Below are positions 38,317-48,061 of a stretch of 64,000 nt of DNA, piece after piece. Location: NCBI GenBank assembly GCA_963665235.2, contig CAXXLX010000001.1:96001-160000 (forward strand), written 5' to 3'. The DNA comes from Candidatus Poribacteria bacterium (GTDB taxonomy: Bacteria; Poribacteria; WGA-4E; WGA-3G). Numbering within the stretch: the stretch's first letter is position 1; the number at the start of each line of letters is the position of its first letter. Position numbers and translations under genes: made by a program. The notes under the pieces were generated by a model. It did not search any database and was not told where the DNA came from. It saw nothing but the letters and a program-made list of their open reading frames with translations.

Positions 38317-40407
38317 TTAGCGGTCATCGTCATCTGAGTGGTTATCGTATCGGGCATCGTAATTAGGCGAATTCGGACGGTTGACTAAATCGGCGAGGTA
38401 TTCAGCGATTTTGTCGGTTACCTGTTGTGCATCTACGTCAGCGAAGTTAAAGAGTTCCTTAAGCATAGGTGCAATTGCGCCTGTGTCAAGCAATGTATTA
38501 GCGAGGCGTCCCATACTGCTTCGGTTGATTCCGCCTTTTCCATCGGTATTGCCCATATCAAGAATTTTGATGCTGTCGATTTTCTCTACTGGACGCATGA
38601 GTTGTTCGACGATTCCTGTGGCTTCATCGATGAGTTCAAGGATTGCCTCTTGGACGAGGACGCGTTGTTCAGCGACGTTTCGTGCTTCGTATTCGGCCAT
38701 TTCGCCTTGTGCTTTGGCGCGTGCTTCAGCGAGGACAGCATCGGACAGCCGTTCAATGGGCTGTGCTTGTGCTTCCGCACCGATAATTGCGACATCTCGT
38801 TGCCACTCAGCTTCTCTGACCTGCTCGGTGGCGGTTACTTCGACTTCAGCGCCGACGCGTTCGGCTTCAGCGACGAGTTGTTCTTTCTCTGCTAGGGCAG
38901 TGAGGACCTGCTTGCCAGCGACCTCAATTTTCCTGTCTTCGTCGACGAGTGCGACCCGCAATTCCTGATCGATTCGGGACTGCTCGACGGCGAGCATTTT
39001 GGCAATTTCGGTGAGTTCCACTTGCCGGTTTTGGTCAATCTGTGCGGTTTCAACGACGAGATTTTTCTCAATTTCCCGTTGCTGGACCTGTTGTTCTTGG
39101 GAGTGTCTGGTAGTTTCCACAAGCAGGTCTCGTTCGATATCTCGCAGCATGACCCCTTCTTCTTGGGCGATACGTGCCTTTTCAACGAAGAGTTCTTTCT
39201 CGATTTCGCGAACAGCGATTGTCTGTTCCTGCTCAATTTTCTCCATTTGGACGACGAGATGCTGTTCAATTTCGGCAAGTTGTACAACTTTAGTTTGCTC
39301 AATCTGTCTGGTTTCGACGATGAGGTTTTTCTCGATTTCTCGTTCTTGAACAATCTGTTCAGCGGCAACGCGTTCAAATTCGACATCGCGATTCATTTCG
39401 ATTTCGCGTTCTTGTACGACCTGTTCCTGTGCGATCCGGGCACGCTCAACCTCTTGCTTCATCTCATATTCACGTTCTTGAATGCTCTGCTCCATCTCGA
39501 ACTGATATTTAATGGTTTCGGCTTCCCGTTCGACAGCATAGACAGCGATATTTTTCTGTTGGTCAGATTCTGCCCATGCCTGATTTTGTTCCGCTTCAAG
39601 GATACGAATTCGTGCGTCGACCTCAATTTGTTCGACAGCGACCTCTTTTTCTTGAATGGCAGCGATTTTATCACGCTCTTGCTCAACGGTAATTTCGGTG
39701 ATTTCTCGGATACCGATGGCATCAAATCGGTTGTCGGGATTGAGCATTTCGACGGGTGTCTGATCGACTCGGATGATGGAGACGGTATCAAGTGTCAACC
39801 CATTATGTTCTCTCAAATTTTCGCCGCAAGCGTCCTGAACTTTGAAAGCGAATTCGATCCGTTTTTGAAGCAGGTCCTGAATGTCACTTTCGGCAGCCAC
39901 ACTTCTCAAGGCACCATCTAACATCGGTTCAATAAGTTCGCGGACAGTCTCCGGTGTCATAGATTTGTCCCCGAGGGCTTGGGCTGCTTTTAAAATATCC
40001 TCTTCCGGCTCCGTATGTACTTTAAGATAAAAGACAACTTCAACATCGGCGCGGTTGAAGTCGTTTGTGATTAAGGAGTCAGATGTTTCTCGCAGTACCT
40101 CAATTCGCATAGTGTTGAGCGAGATTTCTTTGATTTCATGAATGATTGTGTTGACCCACATTCCGCCAGTGGTTTTAATTTTTTCCTTGGAACCACCTGT
40201 CCTGACGAGGGCTATATCGGCTTTCGGGATTCGGTACCGGATAGCAGAAGCAGCGAAAGCACCGAGAACGATAAGCAGGCCAATAGTGACAGCTAATATA
40301 ATGTTTCTTACATCTGTTAATCCGAGGCTATCTGAGTATCGGACCGCAACGGTTACCACAATAATAGCGACAACAAGTAAGAAAATGATTACAGCTATTA
40401 AACGCAT
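38317..40407 (-). CDS. Flotillin/SPFH domain protein with extended coiled coil
   Basis: 2 TM segments, ALVRTGG, LDGALRSVAA, FDA.G, PVEKIDSIKI. Confidence 0.88.
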   Translation of the reverse strand: MRLIAVIIFLLVVAIIVVTVAVRYSDSLGLTDVRNIILAVTIGLLIVLGAFAASAIRYRIPKADIALVRTGGSKEKIKTTGGMWVNTIIHEIKEISLNTMRIEVLRETSDSLITNDFNRADVEVVFYLKVHTEPEEDILKAAQALGDKSMTPETVRELIEPMLDGALRSVAAESDIQDLLQKRIEFAFKVQDACGENLREHNGLTLDTVSIIRVDQTPVEMLNPDNRFDAIGIREITEITVEQERDKIAAIQEKEVAVEQIEVDARIRILEAEQNQAWAESDQQKNIAVYAVEREAETIKYQFEMEQSIQEREYEMKQEVERARIAQEQVVQEREIEMNRDVEFERVAAEQIVQEREIEKNLIVETRQIEQTKVVQLAEIEQHLVVQMEKIEQEQTIAVREIEKELFVEKARIAQEEGVMLRDIERDLLVETTRHSQEQQVQQREIEKNLVVETAQIDQNRQVELTEIAKMLAVEQSRIDQELRVALVDEDRKIEVAGKQVLTALAEKEQLVAEAERVGAEVEVTATEQVREAEWQRDVAIIGAEAQAQPIERLSDAVLAEARAKAQGEMAEYEARNVAEQRVLVQEAILELIDEATGIVEQLMRPVEKIDSIKILDMGNTDGKGGINRSSMGRLANTLLDTGAIAPMLKELFNFADVDAQQVTDKIAEYLADLVNRPNSPNYDARYDNHSDDDDR

Positions 40408-40483
40408 TCGTTTCTCCTAGTAAAGGGGCAGTATTGAGACAATTAGTAGATGTCTCTAATATATGAAATTTGTTCCCCCGGAT

Positions 40484-41902
40484 TTAGTGGGCAGCGACAT
40501 CGCTTTCGCGATTTGTAGTGCGGTATCGCCCTTTGAGCGGTTGGCGCGGCGATGTCTGCCACGCGAGACTTGCCAGATAACAGAGGGTGTTTTCAAGGAG
40601 AGGTTTAGCAATGGCGGTTTTATGGGCATCCCGCGTATCCATCGCGAAACCAACATAGTAGCCATCACCCCACTGCAACTGGATACCAATCGGCCCTTTA
40701 TTATCTTCTCTGATTGCCAACTGTCGGTAAGTCGGATCATTGGTGACCCAGTGGTCATCTGTTACCAAGTTGTCGACGTTGACTTTATGGGGCCATGTAA
40801 ACATACCGGTTCTTTGTCCATCTTCGGTAATTGTCACGTTGGCATCTTCAGCCCCTACGACATCGATGGGGTGTCGCTCCACGGGGAGCCAGTCTCCCCG
40901 CCACTTCGGTTCAGGGACGTGTACACCATCAGGTGGCACAATATGGTTGTCCATTGCGGATGTCCAAACGACTCCGCCTTTTCTGACGAAATCTTTAATT
41001 TCATCATCCGCGTCTTCAACGAAATACTCCCCATCATGCCCCGTAGCAAACCATGTGAACCAGATGATGTCGTACTCGGAAAGGGTCACGCTCGAGAGTT
41101 TAACCGCGTTCTTTGGGTCGCCTCGGTTGTCTGGGTTGTCGTTAACATGGACTGTTGTATATTGAAATTCTAAACCTTCAAGCGTCGTGAGCGATTCCAA
41201 AGCGGCGGGTTCTCCTGTGAGATTATCGCCAACCACAATTAGTACGCGGAAAACACCTAACGGTACAATTTTTATGGAAGAGATGATATCCGCAAACGAT
41301 TGCGATTGTGGAAGTGACCGGAGGTTTCTAATTGCCAGCTGGAATTTGCGGGAATTCAAACTGAGATTGAGCCGTCGCCCCTCAAAATTGACATGCTCAT
41401 AACAGATGATATGACACCCGCTGAAAGGGAAACTGGGGCCTCGCTGAATTCGGATGGAGGAAATCGTATCGTTCATACCGACTTCAAACATAGAACTGAC
41501 ATCGCGCATGACGACGCTCCGCTGGCCGCTAAAATCTACATCGCGAAATATCTCTATGATGACCGGCACGGCCCCGTACTCCGGTGGAGTCGGATGCGCT
41601 GCTGGACTAAAACTGATTGCTGTTATCGCATCCCCAAAATTGTACGGTATATCGTGGATGTTTGGGTAGAACCCAGGTGCCAGAACTAACCGCCGTCCTT
41701 GATAATTCACATGCTCGTGAAAGATCGCCTTATAGTTGGGAGACGCACTGAAGCCGGGGCCCTTATAGATTTTAATAGACGAAATCACATCTTGGGCACC
41801 AATTTCGGTGGTATTCGGTATGGAATCAATGAGGGTCACTTTGCGTCCCCGAAAATTGACATGTTCGAAGACTTCAACGACTAACCTCGGCATGTTTGCC
41901 AT
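40484..41902 (-). CDS. Beta/gamma-crystallin domain protein with C-terminal GATase/ThuA-like domain
   Basis: Four FEHVNF.GR-like Greek-key motifs each followed by D.ISSI-like segments. Confidence 0.8.
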   Translation of the reverse strand: MANMPRLVVEVFEHVNFRGRKVTLIDSIPNTTEIGAQDVISSIKIYKGPGFSASPNYKAIFHEHVNYQGRRLVLAPGFYPNIHDIPYNFGDAITAISFSPAAHPTPPEYGAVPVIIEIFRDVDFSGQRSVVMRDVSSMFEVGMNDTISSIRIQRGPSFPFSGCHIICYEHVNFEGRRLNLSLNSRKFQLAIRNLRSLPQSQSFADIISSIKIVPLGVFRVLIVVGDNLTGEPAALESLTTLEGLEFQYTTVHVNDNPDNRGDPKNAVKLSSVTLSEYDIIWFTWFATGHDGEYFVEDADDEIKDFVRKGGVVWTSAMDNHIVPPDGVHVPEPKWRGDWLPVERHPIDVVGAEDANVTITEDGQRTGMFTWPHKVNVDNLVTDDHWVTNDPTYRQLAIREDNKGPIGIQLQWGDGYYVGFAMDTRDAHKTAIAKPLLENTLCYLASLAWQTSPRQPLKGRYRTTNRESDVAAH

Positions 41903-41947
41903 GTTCTTATCCGCCCTTCGACGCTAGTTATTTATATTATTTGTTAC

Positions 41948-42024
41948 ATTATACCATTGAAAAATTGGTTTGTCAAGGAAAAAATTAATTTTTAATTGAC
42001 ACAGGAGCGATTTTGTTGTAAAAT
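41948..42024. promoter_or_regulatory. Divergent sigma70 promoters
   Basis: Minus strand TTGACA-17-TATAAT (41976 to 41948); plus strand TTGACA-17-TAAAAT (41996 to 42024). Confidence 0.8.
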
Positions 42025-42083
42025 AGTTAGAAAATAGCGTTTAAGGGCAATTTAATAGAGCACGCCCACAAGGAGGAGAAGAA

Positions 42084-43895
42084 ATGAAACATCTACAAAT
42101 TTTTGTGCAGAGAATCGCATCGGTGCTTATCCTGCTTATCTTTGCAGCACCGGTTTTTGCGGTGGAACCCCCCGAAGAGATGCCCCCACCTAAAAAATAT
42201 GTGGAGTTCACACTGAGCGGCACCTTCACCGATACCAAAACGATGGGCTTTTTTGGCCCCTCTTCAAAAACAGTGCGGGGGCTCCTTAAAAAATTGGACG
42301 CACTCAAAAACGATGATGAGGTGGCAGGCGTTATCTTCAAAATCGAGAGTATTGGCTTAGGCTGGGCGAAACTGCAAGAAATTCGAACTAAACTAGCCGA
42401 GCTACAGAATTCCAAAAAAAAGATGATTGCTTATATTGAAAGCGGTGGGAATGCCGAATATCTGCTCGCCACCGCAATGGACCACATCGTACTGATGCCT
42501 ACCGGAGGTCTTAACTTGACCGGATTGCGTGCGGAAATCCTCTTCTTCAAAGGACTTTTAGAAAAATTAGACGTTCAAGCCAATCTGCTTGCAATGGGAA
42601 AATATAAGTCTGGAATCGAACCTTACACCCGCGATAGCATGTCTAAGTCCTTCCGGGAATCTATGACCGGCTTGCTTGATGAACTCTACGCCCAAATGCG
42701 GACTAAAATTGCGGATGGCAGGGAGGGAATCACCCCGGAGACCGCTGCTGCCCTCATAGACCGAGGGCCGTTCACTGCCGAAGAAGCACTCCAAGCCAAA
42801 CTCGTAGACCGGTTGCAATACTACGATGAACTGATAGACGCACTCAAAAATGCCCCCGAGGGAAAAATACAGATTGCCAAACCGGGCGACAGAAAGAAGC
42901 GACGCGTACCGGATATGAACAGCTTCGCTGGGCTTTTGCAGCTGTTTAGTATGTTGAACCCACCGCAGCGTGCCCAAGCACGGGGGTCGGACACACAGCT
43001 CGCGCTTATCTATGCGAACGGGCCCATTGTACCTAGTGTCGACCCGTTCTTGGCATCTATGCCGGTAGTGACACCTACAGTACTTAAAAGTGCTTTTCAA
43101 AGAGCACGCGCCGACAATACCGTTAAGGCGGTCGTGCTACGGGTAGATAGTCCTGGGGGTTCTGCGCTCGCCTCCGACCTTATCTGGCGTGAGGTAATGC
43201 TGACACAACGTGAAAAACCGGTCGTCGTCTCAATGGGGGACGTTGCGGCCTCTGGCGGGTACTATATCTCTATGGCAGCCGGAACAATTGTCGCACAACC
43301 CGGCACCCTCACAGGCTCAATCGGCGTCCTCGGTGGTAAACTGAACCTCAAAGGGCTCTATAATAAGGTCGGTTTGACAAAGGAAATTATCAGATACGGA
43401 CAAAATTCCACGCTTTATTCAGATTACGGCAGCTTTACAGAGACAGAACGGGAACGCGTCGAAAAGATGATGAAAACCGTTTATCAAACTTTTGTCAGCA
43501 AAGCAGCAGAGGGACGTAGGAAGACCTTCGAGGACATAGATGAAATTGCACAGGGCCGTGTCTGGACAGGAAAAGAGGCAAAGGCACTCGGGCTCGTTGA
43601 TGAACTCGGTGGACTTGATACCGCCCTCGCTATTGCAAAGCAAAAGGCAGGCTTTACCGAGGAGGATAAACTTAACATCATCGTGCTGCCTAAACAGAAA
43701 ACCTTTTTTGAGCAACTGCTAGAAACCATGATTGAAGAGGAAGAAATCACCACGCCGTTCCCGTTACACCTGGCACAACAGCATCCCGCGCTGCTTGCGC
43801 TTGGAACACAGTGGCATCAGATTTTCACCTGGGCACGCTTGTTCGAAAAGGAACAGGTGCTCACAGTTTTGCCTTTTGACATTTTAATTCGGTGA
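42084..43895 (+). CDS. sppA: Signal peptide peptidase SppA, 67K type
   Basis: GKYKS, LRVDSPGGS, AASGGYY, TGSIGV, QGRVWTG. Confidence 0.93.
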   Translation: MKHLQIFVQRIASVLILLIFAAPVFAVEPPEEMPPPKKYVEFTLSGTFTDTKTMGFFGPSSKTVRGLLKKLDALKNDDEVAGVIFKIESIGLGWAKLQEIRTKLAELQNSKKKMIAYIESGGNAEYLLATAMDHIVLMPTGGLNLTGLRAEILFFKGLLEKLDVQANLLAMGKYKSGIEPYTRDSMSKSFRESMTGLLDELYAQMRTKIADGREGITPETAAALIDRGPFTAEEALQAKLVDRLQYYDELIDALKNAPEGKIQIAKPGDRKKRRVPDMNSFAGLLQLFSMLNPPQRAQARGSDTQLALIYANGPIVPSVDPFLASMPVVTPTVLKSAFQRARADNTVKAVVLRVDSPGGSALASDLIWREVMLTQREKPVVVSMGDVAASGGYYISMAAGTIVAQPGTLTGSIGVLGGKLNLKGLYNKVGLTKEIIRYGQNSTLYSDYGSFTETERERVEKMMKTVYQTFVSKAAEGRRKTFEDIDEIAQGRVWTGKEAKALGLVDELGGLDTALAIAKQKAGFTEEDKLNIIVLPKQKTFFEQLLETMIEEEEITTPFPLHLAQQHPALLALGTQWHQIFTWARLFEKEQVLTVLPFDILIR

Positions 43896-43899
43896 ATTT

Positions 43900-44703
43900 A
43901 TGCAAGCTAACAATAACTTTCACGTTGACGTAAGTGACGAAGAGGTCGCTTTTTTCCAATCAAACGGATACCTGAGCATTCCATGCATCACAACAGCGGA
44001 TGAGGTAGAATGGCTTAAGGGCATTTACGATGAACTTTTCACGGAACGCACAGGAGAGGCACAGGGCCGCTACTTCGATTTGGCAGGCCCCCGCGCCCAC
44101 ACGGGACGTGAAACGTTACCACAAGTGCTGGGCCCGGAGGCACAATTTCCGGAACTGCGAGAGTCTATCTATTTTCAAAACGCGAGACGACTCGCTGCAA
44201 AATTGCTGGACGTAGACATTGAAAAGGTCAACGGGGGTGGGCACATGATTTTAAAGCCGGCACTTTACGGAAATGAAACGCCGTGGCACCAAGATGAAGC
44301 GTATTGGAATCCATCAGTGCTTCCACACAGCTTGAGCGTTTGGCTACCGCTTGACACGGCGACAATTGAAAGTGGATGTCTCCACTTTATTCCGAAATCT
44401 CATAAAGGTGAAGTGCGGTGGCATCGCCATATCAACAATGACCCGCTCGTTCACGGATTAGTGACCGACGATGTTGACCCTTCGGAGGCAGTCGCCTGCC
44501 CGATAGCGGCTGGCGGTGCAACGTTTCATCACTGTCGTACCCTACACTATTCTGCCCCGAATAGTACACCGAAAGCGCGTAGAGCCTATATCCTCGTCTT
44601 CAGCGGCCCCCACCAAAAGTTGGACGCACCGGAGCCTCGACCGTGGCAAACAGAGGAGCAGGAGGCACTTGCTAAACTTAAATCCCTCACTGCAGAGCGG
44701 TAA
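43900..44703 (+). CDS. Phytanoyl-CoA dioxygenase family protein
   Basis: WHQD, VWLPLD, GCLHFIPKSH, TLHYS..N. Confidence 0.9.
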   Translation: MQANNNFHVDVSDEEVAFFQSNGYLSIPCITTADEVEWLKGIYDELFTERTGEAQGRYFDLAGPRAHTGRETLPQVLGPEAQFPELRESIYFQNARRLAAKLLDVDIEKVNGGGHMILKPALYGNETPWHQDEAYWNPSVLPHSLSVWLPLDTATIESGCLHFIPKSHKGEVRWHRHINNDPLVHGLVTDDVDPSEAVACPIAAGGATFHHCRTLHYSAPNSTPKARRAYILVFSGPHQKLDAPEPRPWQTEEQEALAKLKSLTAER

Positions 44704-44892
44704 TGGTTTTTTAGGATGGAAGCGTGGAAGCGTGGAAGCGTGGATTTCGCGTCTTTTTGTCTGAATCGCGGAAGGCGCGGAGAACACAGAGAACGCGGAA
44801 AAAGAGGGGTTTTGATAACATCTACACATTTTTTGTCTGAATCGCGGATTATCCTGATTGCTGATAGTCATTCTGAGGGAGGGAGTGAAGCT

Positions 44893-45936
44893 ATGAATAT
44901 TATTTGTACGGGTATTAGCTGCTCCGGCCGGAAGGAGCTGATGGAAGATTTTGAAGTGCTTTGTGCTAAAAAAGGACTAAACATCGGCTTCTTCAACGTT
45001 GGCGATTTTATGCACCGCGCCGCCGCAGAATCCCATGTTCATTTTACAGAGAAGGTGCTGGATTCCGAGCCAGCCGTTTTATCGCTAGCACGGCGCGCTG
45101 CTTTTTATGAAATTGCCCAACGCGCGGAAGCTTATGAGCATGCTGTCATCGGCCTCCACGCCTGTTTCCGCTGGCGAGGAAGTCTCATCGAAGGGTGTTC
45201 CTTCAGAGATATAGCAATCCTTCCGCCGGACCTGTTTATCAACGTGGTTGACAATATCGCGGACATTTACGGACGGATGGAGGAAAGCACGCAATGGGCT
45301 GGAATGGGAAAAGCAGCACTTAACGTCTGGCTTGACGAGGAGGAGTTTATCACTAGACAACTTGCAAATCTCGTTGATAAGCCGTATTACACGGTGGCAC
45401 GGCAGCATAACCTTGAGAATTTTTATGAACTGCTTTTCTCCGATAAGCCGAAATTTTATCTCAGTTATCCGATTACGCTTCTACAAGAAACCCCGGCGGA
45501 AATTGAGAAAATCCGTAAACTCGGTGAGAAGCTGAACGAGAATTTTATTGTCTTCGACCCGCTGGCGATTAAGGATATGGAACTGGTTACCTTCTCCCAG
45601 GAAGGGCCTGAAGATGACACGGTGCATGTACCTGCAACGATGAGTGAATTGGACGATGATGTAATTGAACAGATTAAAACGCGAACTGTTTCGCGAGATT
45701 ACCAGTTTGTCCACCAAAGCGATTTTGTCGTTGTGCTTTACCCGACAGATAAATTGTCGCCCGGTGTTCTGAGTGAGATGAATTACGCCTCCCGCCATAA
45801 TAAACCAGTATACGCGGTTTACACCGGCGTTCGGAGCATCTTCTTTGAAAAATTGTGTGAACGGATTTTTGATACATTTGAAGAATTGGAAGACTTCTTG
45901 AAAATAACGTACAACGTACAACGTTTAAAAACATGA
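44893..45936 (+). CDS. Archaeal adenylate-kinase-like P-loop domain fused to an NDT/Rcl-like domain
   Basis: TGISCSGR P-loop variant; C-terminal YLSYPI, FDP, SDFVV, SPGVLSEMNYA..KPV. Confidence 0.65.
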   Translation: MNIICTGISCSGRKELMEDFEVLCAKKGLNIGFFNVGDFMHRAAAESHVHFTEKVLDSEPAVLSLARRAAFYEIAQRAEAYEHAVIGLHACFRWRGSLIEGCSFRDIAILPPDLFINVVDNIADIYGRMEESTQWAGMGKAALNVWLDEEEFITRQLANLVDKPYYTVARQHNLENFYELLFSDKPKFYLSYPITLLQETPAEIEKIRKLGEKLNENFIVFDPLAIKDMELVTFSQEGPEDDTVHVPATMSELDDDVIEQIKTRTVSRDYQFVHQSDFVVVLYPTDKLSPGVLSEMNYASRHNKPVYAVYTGVRSIFFEKLCERIFDTFEELEDFLKITYNVQRLKT

Positions 45937-46871
45937 AAATTGCCATCCTCTCCCGTGGACCCCAAAACTATTCAACCCGCAGCCTCGTTGAAGCGACTAT
46001 AGAGGCAGGACACACCCCGGCAGTTCTAGACCCGTTCGGGTTCTACCTTCATATCGGCGGTACCGGGAGCCGTATCATGTATCATGGAAAGCCAGCAGAG
46101 GATTTTGATGTTGTGTTGCCGCGGCTGAGCGGTGCGACAGCGAGGTACGGCAGCGAGGTTATCTCACACTTTGAATGGCTGGGTATTCCTGTGGTTAATG
46201 GTGCGGAGGCGATAGCAGCGGCACGCCACAAATTCCGTTCTCTGCGGATTCTTGCTCAACACGGTTTACCTATTCCACCAAGCATCACTGTCGGTTCCGC
46301 CACGTTTTTAGAAGAAACGGTGGATAGTATAGGAGACTACCCGTTTATTTTAAAACCGTTTCACGGCACACACGGCAAAGGCGTTATGCTTTTAGATACA
46401 CCCACGTCCCTGACTTCAACCGTGGACGCGCTGTGCGAACTCCGTCAAGACTATATAATTCAACCCTTTGTTGCGGAGGCATCCGGTGTTGATATCCGTG
46501 TGTTTGTGGTTGGCGAAGACGCAGTTGCTTCAATGAAAAGAAATGCTCCCCCCGGCGAGTTTCGAGCGAATATCCACCGAGGCGGGAACGGTGAAACGGT
46601 AACGCTTCCGGACAGCTATATCCGCCTTGCTATTGAAGCGACGGCAGCGATGAAATTAGAGATAGCTGGGGTCGATTTACTACAAACATCGAAGGGGCCG
46701 GTTATCTTAGAGGTGAACCCCTCGCCTGGGTTCGAGGAATTGGAATTGGTGAGCGGGGTTCGGATTGCGGATGCGATTATTGAATTTGCTACGACATTTG
46801 CGCGAAACCGCTGTGCGCGGAACGGAAAAGGAAAAGATAACCTATGGATGAACCCCGAAGAAAAATCTTGA
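45933..46871 (+). CDS. RimK family alpha-L-glutamate ligase
   Basis: MKIAILSR..YST, DIRVFVVG, FRANIHRGG, AGVDLL, LEVNPSPG. Confidence 0.9.
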   Translation: MKIAILSRGPQNYSTRSLVEATIEAGHTPAVLDPFGFYLHIGGTGSRIMYHGKPAEDFDVVLPRLSGATARYGSEVISHFEWLGIPVVNGAEAIAAARHKFRSLRILAQHGLPIPPSITVGSATFLEETVDSIGDYPFILKPFHGTHGKGVMLLDTPTSLTSTVDALCELRQDYIIQPFVAEASGVDIRVFVVGEDAVASMKRNAPPGEFRANIHRGGNGETVTLPDSYIRLAIEATAAMKLEIAGVDLLQTSKGPVILEVNPSPGFEELELVSGVRIADAIIEFATTFARNRCARNGKGKDNLWMNPEEKS

Positions 46872-48010
46872 TGTTCAATCACGAATTTCCACCGATTGGA
46901 GGCGGCGGCGGTTGGGTGAGCTATTTTTTGGGAAAACACTTCGCAGCAGCCGGACACGATGTGCATCTGATTACCTCCCAATTTCAGGATTGCCCAGCAC
47001 GGGAAGAGGTGGCAGGTTTTCAGGTGCATCGGGTGCATGCCCTACGAAAAAATCCGAATGTCTGTGCTGTTCACGAAATGTTGACATATACGGTCAGTTC
47101 TAGCCTATATGGGTTGAAATTTGCGAAACAATTTAAACCGGATATTGTTCAGGTCTTTTTCGGTATTCCTGCGGGAGGCGGGGGTTATGTTTTACAGAAA
47201 TTCCGAAAGGTACCGTACGTAGTGTTTCTGGGGGGACGAGATGTACCACGCTCTAATCCTGACCCGCCCTATTATCGGTGGCTCTATCTACTACTGAAGC
47301 CGATGATTCGCGGAATCTGGGGCAACGCTGCAAGGAATGTCGCATGCAGCGACGACTTACGTGAGCTTGCGCGTGAAACGGATGCCGATGTGAAAATAGA
47401 TGTAATTCCTGATGGTGTAGACCTGGAAACGTTTGCACCGACACCTCGCGAGGCAACTCCGAAGACAGTCCGGGTGCTGACGATTGGGCGGCTCATTCCA
47501 CGCAAGGGGTTCCAATTTCTCATTCGCGCGCTTCCGCAAATTGTTGAAAGTGCTACCCACAACTTTGAAATTGAAATTGTCGGTGATGGCCCCTATCGCG
47601 GAGAATTGCTGAAAATAGCAGAAGACCTCGGTGTCGCTTCCTATATACATTTCGCAGGCGCAGTGCCGTATCTGGAACTGCCAGAAAAATATAGAAACGC
47701 GGATATTTTTATACTCCCTTCATTGGCGGAGGGGATGCCGCTTGTCGTCTTGGAAGCAATGGGCACAGGTTTACCGATTGTTGCTAGTCGCTTTCAAGGC
47801 ATTGATGAACTCGTTGCGGATGGCACTAACGGAGCACTGTTCGACACCGGCGATGTAGCGGGGCTCGCGCGATGCCTACTCAAGTTGATTAACGCGGGTG
47901 AGCAGCGCATCCAGATGGGAAAGGCTAGCATTGAACGGGTGAAACCTTACGATTGGAAACACATCGCGGAGGCTTATCTCACGCTCTATGGGGATATTCT
48001 AAAGGCGTAA
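46844..48010 (+). CDS. Glycosyltransferase family 4
   Basis: EFPPIGGG, GRLIPRKG, EGMPLVVLEAM. Confidence 0.92.
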   Translation: MDEPRRKILMFNHEFPPIGGGGGWVSYFLGKHFAAAGHDVHLITSQFQDCPAREEVAGFQVHRVHALRKNPNVCAVHEMLTYTVSSSLYGLKFAKQFKPDIVQVFFGIPAGGGGYVLQKFRKVPYVVFLGGRDVPRSNPDPPYYRWLYLLLKPMIRGIWGNAARNVACSDDLRELARETDADVKIDVIPDGVDLETFAPTPREATPKTVRVLTIGRLIPRKGFQFLIRALPQIVESATHNFEIEIVGDGPYRGELLKIAEDLGVASYIHFAGAVPYLELPEKYRNADIFILPSLAEGMPLVVLEAMGTGLPIVASRFQGIDELVADGTNGALFDTGDVAGLARCLLKLINAGEQRIQMGKASIERVKPYDWKHIAEAYLTLYGDILKA

Positions 48011-48061
48011 TACAGATTCGTAGATAATGGAGAGAAACCTGACAAAGGAGAAATAGGAAAT

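Noticed and set aside
39022-39921. 299-aa plus-strand ORF and similar antisense ORFs (38381, 40463, 16631)
   Set aside because: Shadows of repetitive minus-strand genes
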